Shown here: piece by piece, positions 49,573 through 59,747 of the stretch
Layout: the number at the start of each line of letters is the position of its first letter
Position numbering within the stretch: the first letter of the stretch is position 1
Source: Candidatus Thorarchaeota archaeon
GTDB lineage: Archaea > Asgardarchaeota > Thorarchaeia > Thorarchaeales > Thorarchaeaceae
Reading direction: 5' to 3'
Assembly (NCBI GenBank): GCA_048882045.1
Contig: JBHLRZ010000001.1
Location: 64,001 to 128,000 of the forward strand
Length of the DNA stretch: 64,000 bases
Notes under the pieces: generated by a model
Seen by the model: the letters and a program-made list of their open reading frames with translations, nothing else
The model's database searches: none
What the model was told of the DNA's origin: nothing
Program-made: the position numbers and the translations under genes

Positions 49573-50178
49573 TCATTCCGTTTGCCTCTTGCTGAGCTGA
49601 GCACTGTAGTGATAGAATCTATAGCCAGCTGTTAGCAAACCCATGAGAGTAACAATAATCAGTCCCCAGAGAAGCATGTCGATAACTGAGAAGATCACCA
49701 GGGTGAACAACCTCTCGGATCGACCTCCAACACCGATATCAAGGTCTAAAACACCGAGACTTGTGGCACGTGCTCTTGTATAGCTTGTCAACAGCCAACC
49801 AGTAATTGCTACTAGAACCCATAGAGAGACAGGAAGCCCGAGAAATGTTATGGTGAGATATTCGACAGCTAATGACCCTAAAATCAAACCCTCGGAGATT
49901 TTGTCAATCACAGAGTCTATGAATGCTCCAGAATCGGAAGCAATGTTTAGTTCTCTAGCGACAGTCCCATCAACACCATCAAACAGACCTGAGAGAAATA
50001 CAAGAATACCAAAGAGAAGAGCAGACCCGGTCATATTGAGTCCGATTGCAGCCAAGAAAGCTAATAGCAGACTGACGTAAGTGATCGTGTCAGGACGAAC
50101 GCCTCTACTTGCTAGGGGTTTAGCTATTGCTACTACCAGTCCCTTGAAGATTCGTCTTACTCTGAACCTACTTGGCAT
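49573..50178 (-). CDS. CDP-alcohol phosphatidyltransferase (archaetidylinositol-phosphate synthase-like)
   Basis: DGVDGTVAR..GAFIDSVIDK, SYTRARA, RSER. Confidence 0.9.
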   Translation of the reverse strand: MPSRFRVRRIFKGLVVAIAKPLASRGVRPDTITYVSLLLAFLAAIGLNMTGSALLFGILVFLSGLFDGVDGTVARELNIASDSGAFIDSVIDKISEGLILGSLAVEYLTITFLGLPVSLWVLVAITGWLLTSYTRARATSLGVLDLDIGVGGRSERLFTLVIFSVIDMLLWGLIIVTLMGLLTAGYRFYHYSAQLSKRQTE

Positions 50179-50184
50179 CTTTCA

Positions 50185-51192
50185 TCAATCCATATAGTAA
50201 TGTATTGATTTGTACACTATTGCCCTTTGTATTCGACTCTGCGCTTGTATCGTTGATTCACCGAGAACAACCGAATCCGAGATGATACAGCGATTCAAGA
50301 GTCTACTATTTGAGTCTAAAGATACATTGGGCCCAATTCTGCACCCCTCATCAACAACACAACCAGGAGATATCAGGACAGGTCCGACAATCTCGGTCCC
50401 TTTATGAAGTGAGATGTTTGATCTCAAAGAGAGGGTATTTCCGACTTCAACAATATCACCGGGCGGTACAAAGATATGATCAGATTCCGTCATTTCTCCC
50501 CTCTCTAGCAATAACCTATCAGCTTTTAGAAGATCAGAAAGTGTGTCTATATCAAGACTTGGACTCCCCACCGGATATGCCATCAGACTACGATCTTCAT
50601 GTGCCCATTCATTCAGGACTGAAACTAATCTTGTTTCGCCAGCGTCAAGGGCCTTCTTACATTCCTTTTTGATTGATGAGTGGCCCATCAACACCATTGC
50701 ACTTTGACTCATAATATCAGTGACGACGACTCCATCTCCTAGTCCTGTTATTAGACCATTTCTGATTGAAACAGGCGTACCATAGTTAGATGTATCATCA
50801 ACTGCAAGCATCATGATATTAGAACGAGTCTGTTCATTGTAACGAGAAACCATTCCTGAGAGAATTGAGGGTTCTATCATTATGTCTACGGGTATAAGAA
50901 GAAAGTCATCGTTGAAGGATTCTGTTGCAGTCACAAAGGTTTGAAGAGGACCAATTTCATAGTCTGTCACTCGGACAACTGATACTCCTTTCTCGGATGA
51001 TAGATGATCTTCAATTTGAGAGCCCTTCCAACCAACTGCAACAACAATCTTGCTACTTCCTGATTCTGAAAGTCTTTTTATTGCCCAATCCACAAGGGTC
51101 TTGCCGCCCACCTTTAGGAGTGCTTTTGGTATGTCGTCTGTAAGCGGACGCATTCTCTCGCCCAGACCAGCTGCAAGAATCACTCCGTGGAT
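50185..51192 (-). CDS. NDP-sugar nucleotidyltransferase with left-handed beta-helix
   Basis: ILAAGLGERMRPLTDDIPKAL, DIDT, hexapeptide repeats; start is either ATC 51192 (see findings) or GTG 51183. Confidence 0.85.
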   Translation of the reverse strand: MHGVILAAGLGERMRPLTDDIPKALLKVGGKTLVDWAIKRLSESGSSKIVVAVGWKGSQIEDHLSSEKGVSVVRVTDYEIGPLQTFVTATESFNDDFLLIPVDIMIEPSILSGMVSRYNEQTRSNIMMLAVDDTSNYGTPVSIRNGLITGLGDGVVVTDIMSQSAMVLMGHSSIKKECKKALDAGETRLVSVLNEWAHEDRSLMAYPVGSPSLDIDTLSDLLKADRLLLERGEMTESDHIFVPPGDIVEVGNTLSLRSNISLHKGTEIVGPVLISPGCVVDEGCRIGPNVSLDSNSRLLNRCIISDSVVLGESTIQAQSRIQRAIVYKSIHYYMD

Positions 51193-51268
51193 GCGAATTC
51201 CTCCTCAATAATACTCTTCGAACGCAAGGGACATATGTATGTTTGTAGGGGTACAATTGGGAAATCAA

Positions 51269-51976
51269 TTGACGGCTGAAATCATGACATTTGATGACAA
51301 GGACAATGGCGATAATGTCCTCGACAGAGCGGCAGAAGTCATCTTGTCAGGCGGCGTCGTTGTCTATCCCACCGACACTAGTTATGGACTCGGTTGTGAT
51401 CCAGGAAATACAGATGCAATGGACCGGCTCCTAGCAATAAAGCGACGAGACCGTAGAGTGGGAGTTCCACTGCTTTTCGCAGATACAGAGCAATGTGAGT
51501 CGTATCATGATTTTTGTGACCTCGAAAAGATAATAGTAAGGACATTTTGGCCTGGACCCTTGACTCTAATTGTGAGTCCGCGACCAGAGGTTCCGAGTCA
51601 CATAACAGCCGGTCGAGGTTCTGTAGCCATCAGAGTACCAGACCATACAGTACCAAGAGGCATTGCGCGGAGAGTTGATGGGCCGATAACAGGCACTAGC
51701 GCTAATCGAAGTGGTGGACCAAGTCCATTCGATCTATCAGTTGCAATGGACCAGCTTGGAGATGAGGTCGATCTCTATATCGATGGAGGTGTATCTTCCG
51801 CCCGAAACAACTCGACAATCATTGGTGTACAAGAATGTGAAGAAATTGGAGCCACACAGAACATCAAAATCTACAGGGAAGGTCAATGGACAGTTGAGGA
51901 CATTTCAAGAATGTTGAAGGGCGATTCAGAGGCAATGATGTTCTGGACTAGTCGGATTATCGATGCCGATATGTGA
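51269..51976 (+). CDS. sua5: Threonylcarbamoyl-AMP synthase (YrdC/Sua5 domain)
   Basis: YPTDTSYGLG, KRR, FWPGPLTL, AIRVP, TSANRSG, STI. Confidence 0.92.
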   Translation: MTAEIMTFDDKDNGDNVLDRAAEVILSGGVVVYPTDTSYGLGCDPGNTDAMDRLLAIKRRDRRVGVPLLFADTEQCESYHDFCDLEKIIVRTFWPGPLTLIVSPRPEVPSHITAGRGSVAIRVPDHTVPRGIARRVDGPITGTSANRSGGPSPFDLSVAMDQLGDEVDLYIDGGVSSARNNSTIIGVQECEEIGATQNIKIYREGQWTVEDISRMLKGDSEAMMFWTSRIIDADM

Positions 51977-52521
51977 GGCGAAAAGGACTGCGAAACTACA
52001 ATCTGCTTGTTGCCACTCCAAGAGACAGAGAGAGAGCGGCAAAATCAGAAGTTCTCTATTTTATTGGTGATCTCATAGGAGATTCGGAGCTCAAAGTTGC
52101 TCACACACACATTTCTGGCCTACTTGCCTGCAAGACTTCCTTGAACCCTTTTGAGGTCGTGGGAAAACTTCGAGAGTTTGCTTTGGAAAATGCATACCAG
52201 TTTAGATTCGCAATCCGTTTCACACCTCTTGAGGAATGTGTTGACTCAAATATCGAGGATATTGTGGAAGCCACGAAAAGACTACTACCTAAGATTGGAG
52301 AAGATGAGAGCTTCAGGGTCACTGTAAGACGACGACATACAGAACTGGAGAATATGGAGATTGTGACAGCGGTTGCAGCTGAGATTCCCAGAAAGGTGAA
52401 TCTTGATGCTCCTGACAAGACTGTCCTCGTGGAGGTGGTTGGTGATTGGACGGGCCTCTCCGTTTTATCAGGAGATGATGACATCCTCTCAATCATGACA
52501 ATGCGCGATAACTTGTACTAA
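51973..52521 (+). CDS. THUMP-domain RNA-binding protein
   Basis: SFRVTVRRRH, KVNLDAPDKTVLVEV. Confidence 0.88.
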   Translation: MRRKGLRNYNLLVATPRDRERAAKSEVLYFIGDLIGDSELKVAHTHISGLLACKTSLNPFEVVGKLREFALENAYQFRFAIRFTPLEECVDSNIEDIVEATKRLLPKIGEDESFRVTVRRRHTELENMEIVTAVAAEIPRKVNLDAPDKTVLVEVVGDWTGLSVLSGDDDILSIMTMRDNLY

Positions 52522-53099
52522 CTGTCAATCGCGACAAGAGAGATCCTACTCACAACACACTTTGCGAGTGCTTTCTGTAGCTCAAAATCATCTTCTGAAT
52601 CGGTAAAGGTTCTGACTTCTTTCATATCAATCTGGAAATGCTCTCGAATCCTTGAGAAACGTTTTTTCGTTGCCTCAAATGGTCGAGGCAATTCTTTTCC
52701 GATCTTTGTAGCTAGTTCATTGAGTGTTTCTCCTACAGTATTCCTATCCGTGCCGATAACTACTGCTGCAACATACTTGATGCCATCAAATACCCCCAAA
52801 TCTTCAAGCGCCTTGCCAATTTGTCTCTGCGCAGAGGCATAGACTATGACTTCCACGTCGAGACTTCGAGAGTGCATATAGTTCCCATCTTGTGCATTCA
52901 ATGCATTCTGTGCTGATGAAAGGAGATGGGTTTCATCGACTATTAGGTGGCTATTCATTAGTTGGACAGTCAATCCTGGACTTGCTAGTGATTTTGCTAA
53001 CTCAAGAAGTTCATCCTGACAAAGACTGTTTGAATTATGGATTTCTGAAATTCCCACAGCTGTGACCGTTTCGTCGGAGCTCAGCATTTCGATTCGCAA
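52518..53099 (-). CDS. cgi121: KEOPS complex subunit Cgi121
   Basis: QLMN..I...HL..A..A, SRSLDVEVIVYASAQRQIGKALEDLG. Confidence 0.88.
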   Translation of the reverse strand: MRIEMLSSDETVTAVGISEIHNSNSLCQDELLELAKSLASPGLTVQLMNSHLIVDETHLLSSAQNALNAQDGNYMHSRSLDVEVIVYASAQRQIGKALEDLGVFDGIKYVAAVVIGTDRNTVGETLNELATKIGKELPRPFEATKKRFSRIREHFQIDMKEVRTFTDSEDDFELQKALAKCVVSRISLVAIDS

Positions 53100-53113
53100 T
53101 GAGGTTCATCCCT

Positions 53114-53695
53114 TTATAGACGTTTGATGAAGTAATCAGCAATTGTTGGTTCAAAGCCAACTTCGAATACAAGTCGATCGCGAAGCTGTTTCATTGTGAG
53201 AGATTCGTCCTCCTCACGAAAAGCTTTGATCAGAGAAATGATGGATGCACGAAGTTCCCATGGATATACAGTCCAGCTAGTCGTTTCGACCATATACAGG
53301 TCAGGGACAACTTTCGACGTTGGTTTGTAGTGAAGTACTGCAGAACATACCTTAGCTGCTCCAAGGCTTTTGATGTGCTCAATTGCGTGATACAATGTGT
53401 CACCGGTGTCTGCAACCTCGTCAATAAGGAGTACATTCTTTCCATTCATTGATCCAGTCAATGGTTGAGTTACTCGAGGTTCCTTGCCTTTTACACCGAC
53501 ATCTGTATAATACTCAATTCGGATGTTATGCAAAGAGTCCATGTAGAGAACATCAGATAGTATACGGGCAGGAATCCAACCCCCTCGTGCAATTCCAACG
53601 ATAATGTCTGGTTTGAAACCACTTTCTACAATTCTCTCAGAAAGTTGTAGAGTGAGGTTGTACACATCGCTCCAGTTCAGAATCAGATAATCCAT
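53114..53695 (-). CDS. Purine phosphoribosyltransferase (archaeal Hpt/Gpt-like)
   Basis: GIARGG, VLLIDEVADTGDT, VYPWE. Confidence 0.88.
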   Translation of the reverse strand: MDYLILNWSDVYNLTLQLSERIVESGFKPDIIVGIARGGWIPARILSDVLYMDSLHNIRIEYYTDVGVKGKEPRVTQPLTGSMNGKNVLLIDEVADTGDTLYHAIEHIKSLGAAKVCSAVLHYKPTSKVVPDLYMVETTSWTVYPWELRASIISLIKAFREEDESLTMKQLRDRLVFEVGFEPTIADYFIKRL

Positions 53696-53802
53696 CTTAT
53701 AGCCTCATCGAACCCTTGTGAGATTCGGGTGCCTCGTCCTAATTAATTCGTCTGATTTTGATGAGCACAACCTAAATCAGAGAGGTGTCATCTATCAATC
53801 AC

Positions 53803-55068
53803 ATGAAACCTGACATTCTCCTCACCAATATTGGACAGATTGCTACTCTGGAAGGCTATAGTGAGAAACCGAAAACAGGAGAAGAAATGAATGAGGTTTC
53901 AATCATTGAAAATGGCGCCATAGCCATAAAGGATGGGAAGATAGTTGCGGTTGGAACCACGAAAGAAGTCCTCTCTGAGGTTTCAGAGGACCCCGATCTG
54001 CCAAGTATCGAGTTTCCCGAGATGCTTGCAGTTCCTGGATTCATTGACAGTCACACGCATTTGGTCTTTGGTGGTTCAAGAGAGAACGACTTTGCAATGA
54101 AACTGGCTGGGAAGACCTATCTGGAGATACTGGAGGCAGGCGGAGGAATCCTGAATACATTAAGATCGACTCGAGCAGCAAGTCTTGAGGACTTGGTGAG
54201 TAATGGCTTTTCATATGCTGAGGGCATGCTGAGTATTGGAACTACTACACTAGAGGCAAAGAGTGGATATGGTTTAGATACAGAGAATGAGCTGAAGATG
54301 CTCAAGTCGGTTGAGAATCTTCGTGAGATGCTTCCAACCAATTTTGTATCAACATTCATGGGGGCACATGCAGTTCCTCCAGAGTACACAGGCAAGACCG
54401 AAGACTATGTAGATATCGTCATTAACGAAATGATTCCAGCAGTAGGAGAACAAGGATTTGCAGAGTACTGTGATGTGTTTTGTGAGAAGGGTGTCTTTGA
54501 TATTGAACAGTCTCGTAGAGTCCTTCTTGCAGCAAAGAAGCACGGAATGAAACTCAAGGTCCATGCAGATGAGATTGTTCAACTGGGAGGAGCAAGTCTA
54601 GCAGCAGAGGTTGGTGCAGTGTCGGCGGATCATCTGCTTATGGCTTCTAATGAGGGTTTGGAGGACTTGCTCAAAGCAGGAACCATTGCAACATTGTTAC
54701 CAGCAACAGCATTTAGTCTGGATACTGCATATGCAGACGCACGAATGATGATTGACTTGGGACTTCCATTGGCTTTGGCTACAGATTTCAATCCAAACTG
54801 TGCAAATGAATCTCTATTCTTCACGATAGCACTGGCCTGTTACAAGATGAAGATGAAACCCAAAGAAGCACTGTCAGCAGTTACAATCAACGCTGCCCAC
54901 GCACTTGACCGAGGACATACGCATGGCAGCATAGAGGTTGGTAAGAACGCCAACATCTTGGTCTTGGACTGTCCTAATCCAGAGTATCTAACTTGGAGGT
55001 TTGGAGTTAATCTAGTACATACCGTGATTGTTAATGGCCAGGTTGTTCACACAAAGCTTGGACCCTGA
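53803..55068 (+). CDS. hutI: Imidazolonepropionase
   Basis: DSHTHLVFGGSR, EAKSGYGL, DVFCEKG, HADEI, ATDFNP. Confidence 0.95.
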   Translation: MKPDILLTNIGQIATLEGYSEKPKTGEEMNEVSIIENGAIAIKDGKIVAVGTTKEVLSEVSEDPDLPSIEFPEMLAVPGFIDSHTHLVFGGSRENDFAMKLAGKTYLEILEAGGGILNTLRSTRAASLEDLVSNGFSYAEGMLSIGTTTLEAKSGYGLDTENELKMLKSVENLREMLPTNFVSTFMGAHAVPPEYTGKTEDYVDIVINEMIPAVGEQGFAEYCDVFCEKGVFDIEQSRRVLLAAKKHGMKLKVHADEIVQLGGASLAAEVGAVSADHLLMASNEGLEDLLKAGTIATLLPATAFSLDTAYADARMMIDLGLPLALATDFNPNCANESLFFTIALACYKMKMKPKEALSAVTINAAHALDRGHTHGSIEVGKNANILVLDCPNPEYLTWRFGVNLVHTVIVNGQVVHTKLGP

Positions 55069-55070
55069 TT

Positions 55071-56603
55071 CTAGACATCCAACAATGGACCAGTTATTTT
55101 CTCAGCAGAAGCTATCAACTTTCCTTGATTAATGAGAGCTCGAATCTTGTTGATATCAGGAGCCAGTGCTCGATCATCCTCAAGCATACTTACTTCCTTT
55201 CGGAGGGCTGTTTTTGCTGCTTCAATTGGTTCTGATGCCTTCAGTGGGGCGAGAAGGTCAATCCCTTGGGCTGCACACATGTATTCAATGGCAATCACAT
55301 TCCTGATATTTCCAAGAATGTTTGATGCTTTGCGTGCAGCGATTGTTCCCATGCTCACGTGGTCCTCTTGGTCTGCGCTAGTAGGGATAGAGTCAACACT
55401 TGCAGGATGAGCGAGTCCCTTGTTCTCTGAAACCAGTGCGGCTGCTGTGTACTGAGCAATCATCATTCCTGACTCAAGACCGCCCTCAGTGGTTAGAAAT
55501 GCAGGAAGTCCGCTCAGGTGAGGATTCACGAGACGGTTTATTCTTCTCTCGGAGATGTTTGCAAGCTCAGCCAGAGCAATGCTCAAGAAATCCATTGCTA
55601 GTGCGATGGGTTGGCCATGAAAATTGCCACCTGAAACAACAGTGTTGTCATCAGAGAATACGAGTGGGTTGTCTGTTGCTGAATTGAGCTCGGTTTCGAT
55701 GACACTCTGCACATATCTGATGGTGTCAAGTGTTGCTCCAATCACCTGGGGAATACAGCGTAGTGAATAAGCATCTTGAACTACACCACAGTCTGCATGG
55801 GACTTATTGATCTCACTGTCGGGAAGAAGAACCCTCATTGCCACTGCTACATCAGTCTGACCTTCGTGTGGACGAATTGTATGGATTCTCTCATCAAAAG
55901 CAACACGAGTCCCACGTAACGCCTCCAGACTCATAGCTGCAGCGATCATTGCATCCTTCACAGTGTCGAACGCATCATAGACAGTGATAGCGCCAACTGA
56001 AGCCATGGGCTGGGTGCCATTGATGAGTGCCACACCTTCTTTGGCTTGAAGTTCTAGAGATCTGATTCCTGCTTTCTTCAGAGCTTTAGCCCCATCCATA
56101 CGGTCTCCTTTGTAGACTGCTTCGCCCTCTCCAATCATAACGAGGGCCATATGAGCCAGAGGCGCCAGGTCACCACTAGATCCCACAGATCCCTGTTGTG
56201 GTACTACAGGTGTCACGTCCTTATTCAGCAGCTCAATCAGAGTAGAGATTACCTCTAGCCTGACACCAGAGTATCCTTTCGCAAGAGCATTTGCACGAAG
56301 GAGCATCATACCCCGGACTACTTCAACTGGAAAGGGATCTCCAACGCCAACACTGTGACTGCGTATCAGATTCACCTGAAGCTTTGCAAGGTCTACTGAA
56401 CTGATACACACATCTGAGAGGTCTCCAAACCCAGTGTTGATTCCATAGACTACTTTTCCCTCTTTTATTGCGGCCTCAACTACCGCTCGACTGCTCTTGA
56501 TTCGAGGGATTGTTGATTCATGCAAAAGAACTGGCTCATTGTATCGGGCAACCTGCACAACATCTTCTAGAGTGAGACTCTCACCATCAACCATGACGGG
56601 CAT
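55071..56603 (-). CDS. hutH: Histidine ammonia-lyase
   Basis: YGINTGFG, SVGSSGDL (MIO site), QDAYSLRC, GGNFHGQP, QEDHVSMG. Confidence 0.95.
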   Translation of the reverse strand: MPVMVDGESLTLEDVVQVARYNEPVLLHESTIPRIKSSRAVVEAAIKEGKVVYGINTGFGDLSDVCISSVDLAKLQVNLIRSHSVGVGDPFPVEVVRGMMLLRANALAKGYSGVRLEVISTLIELLNKDVTPVVPQQGSVGSSGDLAPLAHMALVMIGEGEAVYKGDRMDGAKALKKAGIRSLELQAKEGVALINGTQPMASVGAITVYDAFDTVKDAMIAAAMSLEALRGTRVAFDERIHTIRPHEGQTDVAVAMRVLLPDSEINKSHADCGVVQDAYSLRCIPQVIGATLDTIRYVQSVIETELNSATDNPLVFSDDNTVVSGGNFHGQPIALAMDFLSIALAELANISERRINRLVNPHLSGLPAFLTTEGGLESGMMIAQYTAAALVSENKGLAHPASVDSIPTSADQEDHVSMGTIAARKASNILGNIRNVIAIEYMCAAQGIDLLAPLKASEPIEAAKTALRKEVSMLEDDRALAPDINKIRALINQGKLIASAEKITGPLLDV

Positions 56604-56713
56604 TTTATCCACCAAGGTCTAACATATACAGCAACTAGTGTGTACTAGTTACCGTCGAGAGTGATTCATAGAAGCTCGCTTTAGTAGTTATCGTTGAATT
56701 TTGTAAAAATACT

Positions 56714-57220
56714 CTATACTATTCGCTCTTCCCGAGGTCCTAGTTTTAATCCCGTATCAAGCATAAAGCTCTTGTTGCAATTCTGACAGACCACTGATCC
56801 ATCATCTTGAATGTTCTTCTCTGAATAAAGATAGTAAGCGTTACAGAATGGACACCCCGACCCCTTACGACCTGGGTATTTTCGACTAAGTTCCCAACCA
56901 TGAAGTCTAGCAAGTTGCTCGATTTTCCTCAGAAATGTCGACTCTGCAGCAGCTTGTGAGCCAAAATCAATTCGAAGGAGACCCTCTCCACCACCGCTAG
57001 AGAGTACAGTTATTTCACATTCGTTGATTTCTACGTAGTGCTGGACAATGATAGTAATAGTTTGCTCACTCATTGTTCGGAGTGCTAGCTCAGAACGGAT
57101 GAAGACAGCATTAATCATTCCTCCGCATTCCCAGACCTTCTCAAGTTTGTCAGAGTAATCTTCACGTAATAATGATAGAAGAGAGTCTATCTCGATATTT
57201 CGAACTACGAGAGTGACCAC
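56714..57220 (-). CDS. DUF6054-like domain plus C-terminal Zn ribbon
   Basis: SSGGGEGLLRIDFG..AAE; CPFC...CQNC. Confidence 0.6.
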   Translation of the reverse strand: MVTLVVRNIEIDSLLSLLREDYSDKLEKVWECGGMINAVFIRSELALRTMSEQTITIIVQHYVEINECEITVLSSGGGEGLLRIDFGSQAAAESTFLRKIEQLARLHGWELSRKYPGRKGSGCPFCNAYYLYSEKNIQDDGSVVCQNCNKSFMLDTGLKLGPREERIV

Positions 57221-57277
57221 TTTATTGTAATCCTCAAATTGAAATTGGATTGAATCAACTTAATCTTTAGCAAAGTA

Positions 57278-59299
57278 TTATGCCTCTTCGAATGTCTTCT
57301 CAACCAACTGTTCTACTAGGCCTTTCTTTGGAATATGTGGAAGCGAAATTTGGCCTTTGTTTCCAAGTCTTTGATTCCATTCTATGACGGTTTCAATTGC
57401 GTTTTCGTTGCGCGCCCAGGCCCGACGGGCAACTCCTCCCATGACATCCCAGTCCAATGCAGATTGTATGATTGAATCAACTCGATCACTGCCATCAAGA
57501 ATCAACCCAAAACCACCATTGATTGCTTTACCAGTGCCAACTCCACCGCCATTTGAGAGGACACAGAGAGTCATGCCCCTTGCAATGTCACCAGCCCAGG
57601 CTTGATGTGCCATATCACTCATCACATTGCTTCCATCACGGATGTTAGCGGTTTCTCTGAAAGGGCTGTCAGTCCCTCCTGTATCATGGTGGTCTCGACC
57701 AAGCATAATCGGACCAACCTTTCCGGTACGCACCATTTCATTGAATTTCAGAGCAATATTCACGCGACCCTTGGCATCAGCGTACAGGATTCGTGCCTGT
57801 GACCCTACAACAAGAGCGTTCTTTTCAGCATCTCGAATCCAGATGTAGTTGTCCCTGTCCTGACCACGTTGATCAGGGTCAATCTGTGACATTGCCATCT
57901 TGTCCGTTTCAATTAGGTCATCATGCTCTCCACTCAAACAAACCCATCTGAAGGGACCATATCCATAGTCAAAACAGAGAGGGCCCATTATGTCTTCAAC
58001 ATAGGACGGGAAGATGAAGCCATCAGATGTGTTCTCTCCGTTCTTTGCTATCCTCTTGACACCGGCATCAAAGACAGCCTTCATGAAGCTGTTTCCGTAG
58101 TCCCAGAAGAATGTCCCCTGTTTTGTCATTTTTTCAATGAGTTCAAACTGTTTCCTTAGGGATTTGTCGACTAGGTCATTGAACTGGTCACGATCACTCT
58201 TCAGGAGTTCTCGGCCTTCCTCGTATGTAATACCCTGAGGTGTGTATCCTCCTCCATAGACATCATGACAGGATGTCTGATCTGAAGCCAGTTCTATCAT
58301 GATATCCTTGTCAACAACATACTGCCAGAGGTCTACTACATTGCCGAAGTAACCTATGGAAACAGGTTCTTCTTTCTGACGATAATCCTTGACCCATTCG
58401 AATATCTCATCAAGGTCAGACGAGTGTTTGCTCAACCAACCCTGCTCAAATCTGGTTTCAATCCGACTCTTGTCGACCTCAGCAATTATACCAATACCTC
58501 CAGCAATCTCAACTGCCTTTGCCTGCGCACCGCTCATCCCACCTAGACCGGAAGTGAGGAACACCTTGCCTCTTAGGTCCTTGTCATCTGGAGTGCCGAG
58601 GTACAACCTTCCTGCATTCAGAAGAGTGATGTATGTCCCATGTACAATTCCTTGAGGACCGATATACATCCAGCCTCCAGCTGTCATCTGACCATAGTTT
58701 GCGACTCCCATGGCGGCTGCATGATGGAATCCCTCCAATGTGTCAAACATACCAACCATGAGACCGTTTGTTGTGATGGCACGAGGGGCATTAGGATGAG
58801 ATGGGAAGAGACCAACAGGATGTCCTGAGCTTACAACAAGGGTCTGTTCATTCGTCATCTGTTCCAGATACTTCTTGATCAACTGATATTGGAGCCAGGA
58901 CTGACAGACCTGACCGCTCTCTCCATATGTGACAAGTTCGTAAGGATAGAGGGCTACATCAAAGTCCAGGTTATTGTCAATCATTAGCTGGAGGGCTCGA
59001 GCTTCAAGAATCCCCTTGTATTGGTCCACATGCTTTGCTTTGATTGGCCCCTCCGGACGGTATCGATAGGCGTAGATGCGTCCCCGCGTCATGAGTTCGT
59101 TCAGGAATTCTGGAGCCAAGGTTTCATGGAGATTCTCTGGCACATATCGCAGGGCATTCTTTACGGCAACTACTGTGTCAGATGGACTCAGGTTGAATCC
59201 TCTATCGGGAGCTCGTCTGTACTGAGGGTCAAAAACAGGCTCGGGAGGTAATTCAGAAGCGAGCTTGATAGTCATAGCCTTAGTAGTATCGAATTTCAT
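57278..59299 (-). CDS. hutU: Urocanate hydratase, long (~670 aa) form
   Basis: YGQMTAG, IGPQGIVHGT, GLGGMSGAQ, DQTSCH, GRDHHD. Confidence 0.96.
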   Translation of the reverse strand: MKFDTTKAMTIKLASELPPEPVFDPQYRRAPDRGFNLSPSDTVVAVKNALRYVPENLHETLAPEFLNELMTRGRIYAYRYRPEGPIKAKHVDQYKGILEARALQLMIDNNLDFDVALYPYELVTYGESGQVCQSWLQYQLIKKYLEQMTNEQTLVVSSGHPVGLFPSHPNAPRAITTNGLMVGMFDTLEGFHHAAAMGVANYGQMTAGGWMYIGPQGIVHGTYITLLNAGRLYLGTPDDKDLRGKVFLTSGLGGMSGAQAKAVEIAGGIGIIAEVDKSRIETRFEQGWLSKHSSDLDEIFEWVKDYRQKEEPVSIGYFGNVVDLWQYVVDKDIMIELASDQTSCHDVYGGGYTPQGITYEEGRELLKSDRDQFNDLVDKSLRKQFELIEKMTKQGTFFWDYGNSFMKAVFDAGVKRIAKNGENTSDGFIFPSYVEDIMGPLCFDYGYGPFRWVCLSGEHDDLIETDKMAMSQIDPDQRGQDRDNYIWIRDAEKNALVVGSQARILYADAKGRVNIALKFNEMVRTGKVGPIMLGRDHHDTGGTDSPFRETANIRDGSNVMSDMAHQAWAGDIARGMTLCVLSNGGGVGTGKAINGGFGLILDGSDRVDSIIQSALDWDVMGGVARRAWARNENAIETVIEWNQRLGNKGQISLPHIPKKGLVEQLVEKTFEEA

Positions 59300-59375
59300 G
59301 GAAACACATCCATTCTTAGTCCATACTCACACACATGCCCTTCATAAAATACTCGCTGAAGAAGACATGCTGCAA

Positions 59376-59747
59376 TCATGATGGAGGAATGAGTGCATTG
59401 AACAAGCTGTCTTGAGGCAACTTCTCTGTCTCGAGAAAAGCCGTCCAGAGGCCATCCCTAGTCATCACACTCAAGGTCATACCTTCTTTGTATAATCGTA
59501 GGAGATACTCTAGATGCTTGATTAGATCCTGAATGAACTTTGACACATCCTCACCAGACTGTGGATCCTGTCGAGAGGGGAGAGAAACCTCGACTTCGAT
59601 TCTTCGTGGTGCCTCTGGATCCACTATAGCAAGAATTCGAACCCAGTCATTCTCACATAGGATTGACATGCACTCTTCGTCCTCAGATTCTAGGCCTGAA
59701 GCCAATGCTTCTTGCCATCTGGACTTCAATTCAAGAAGAGAAACCAT
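59376..59747 (-). CDS. Hypothetical protein coupled to upstream wHTH gene
   Basis: Start overlaps wHTH stop (TGATG); 123 aa. Confidence 0.65.
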   Translation of the reverse strand: MVSLLELKSRWQEALASGLESEDEECMSILCENDWVRILAIVDPEAPRRIEVEVSLPSRQDPQSGEDVSKFIQDLIKHLEYLLRLYKEGMTLSVMTRDGLWTAFLETEKLPQDSLFNALIPPS

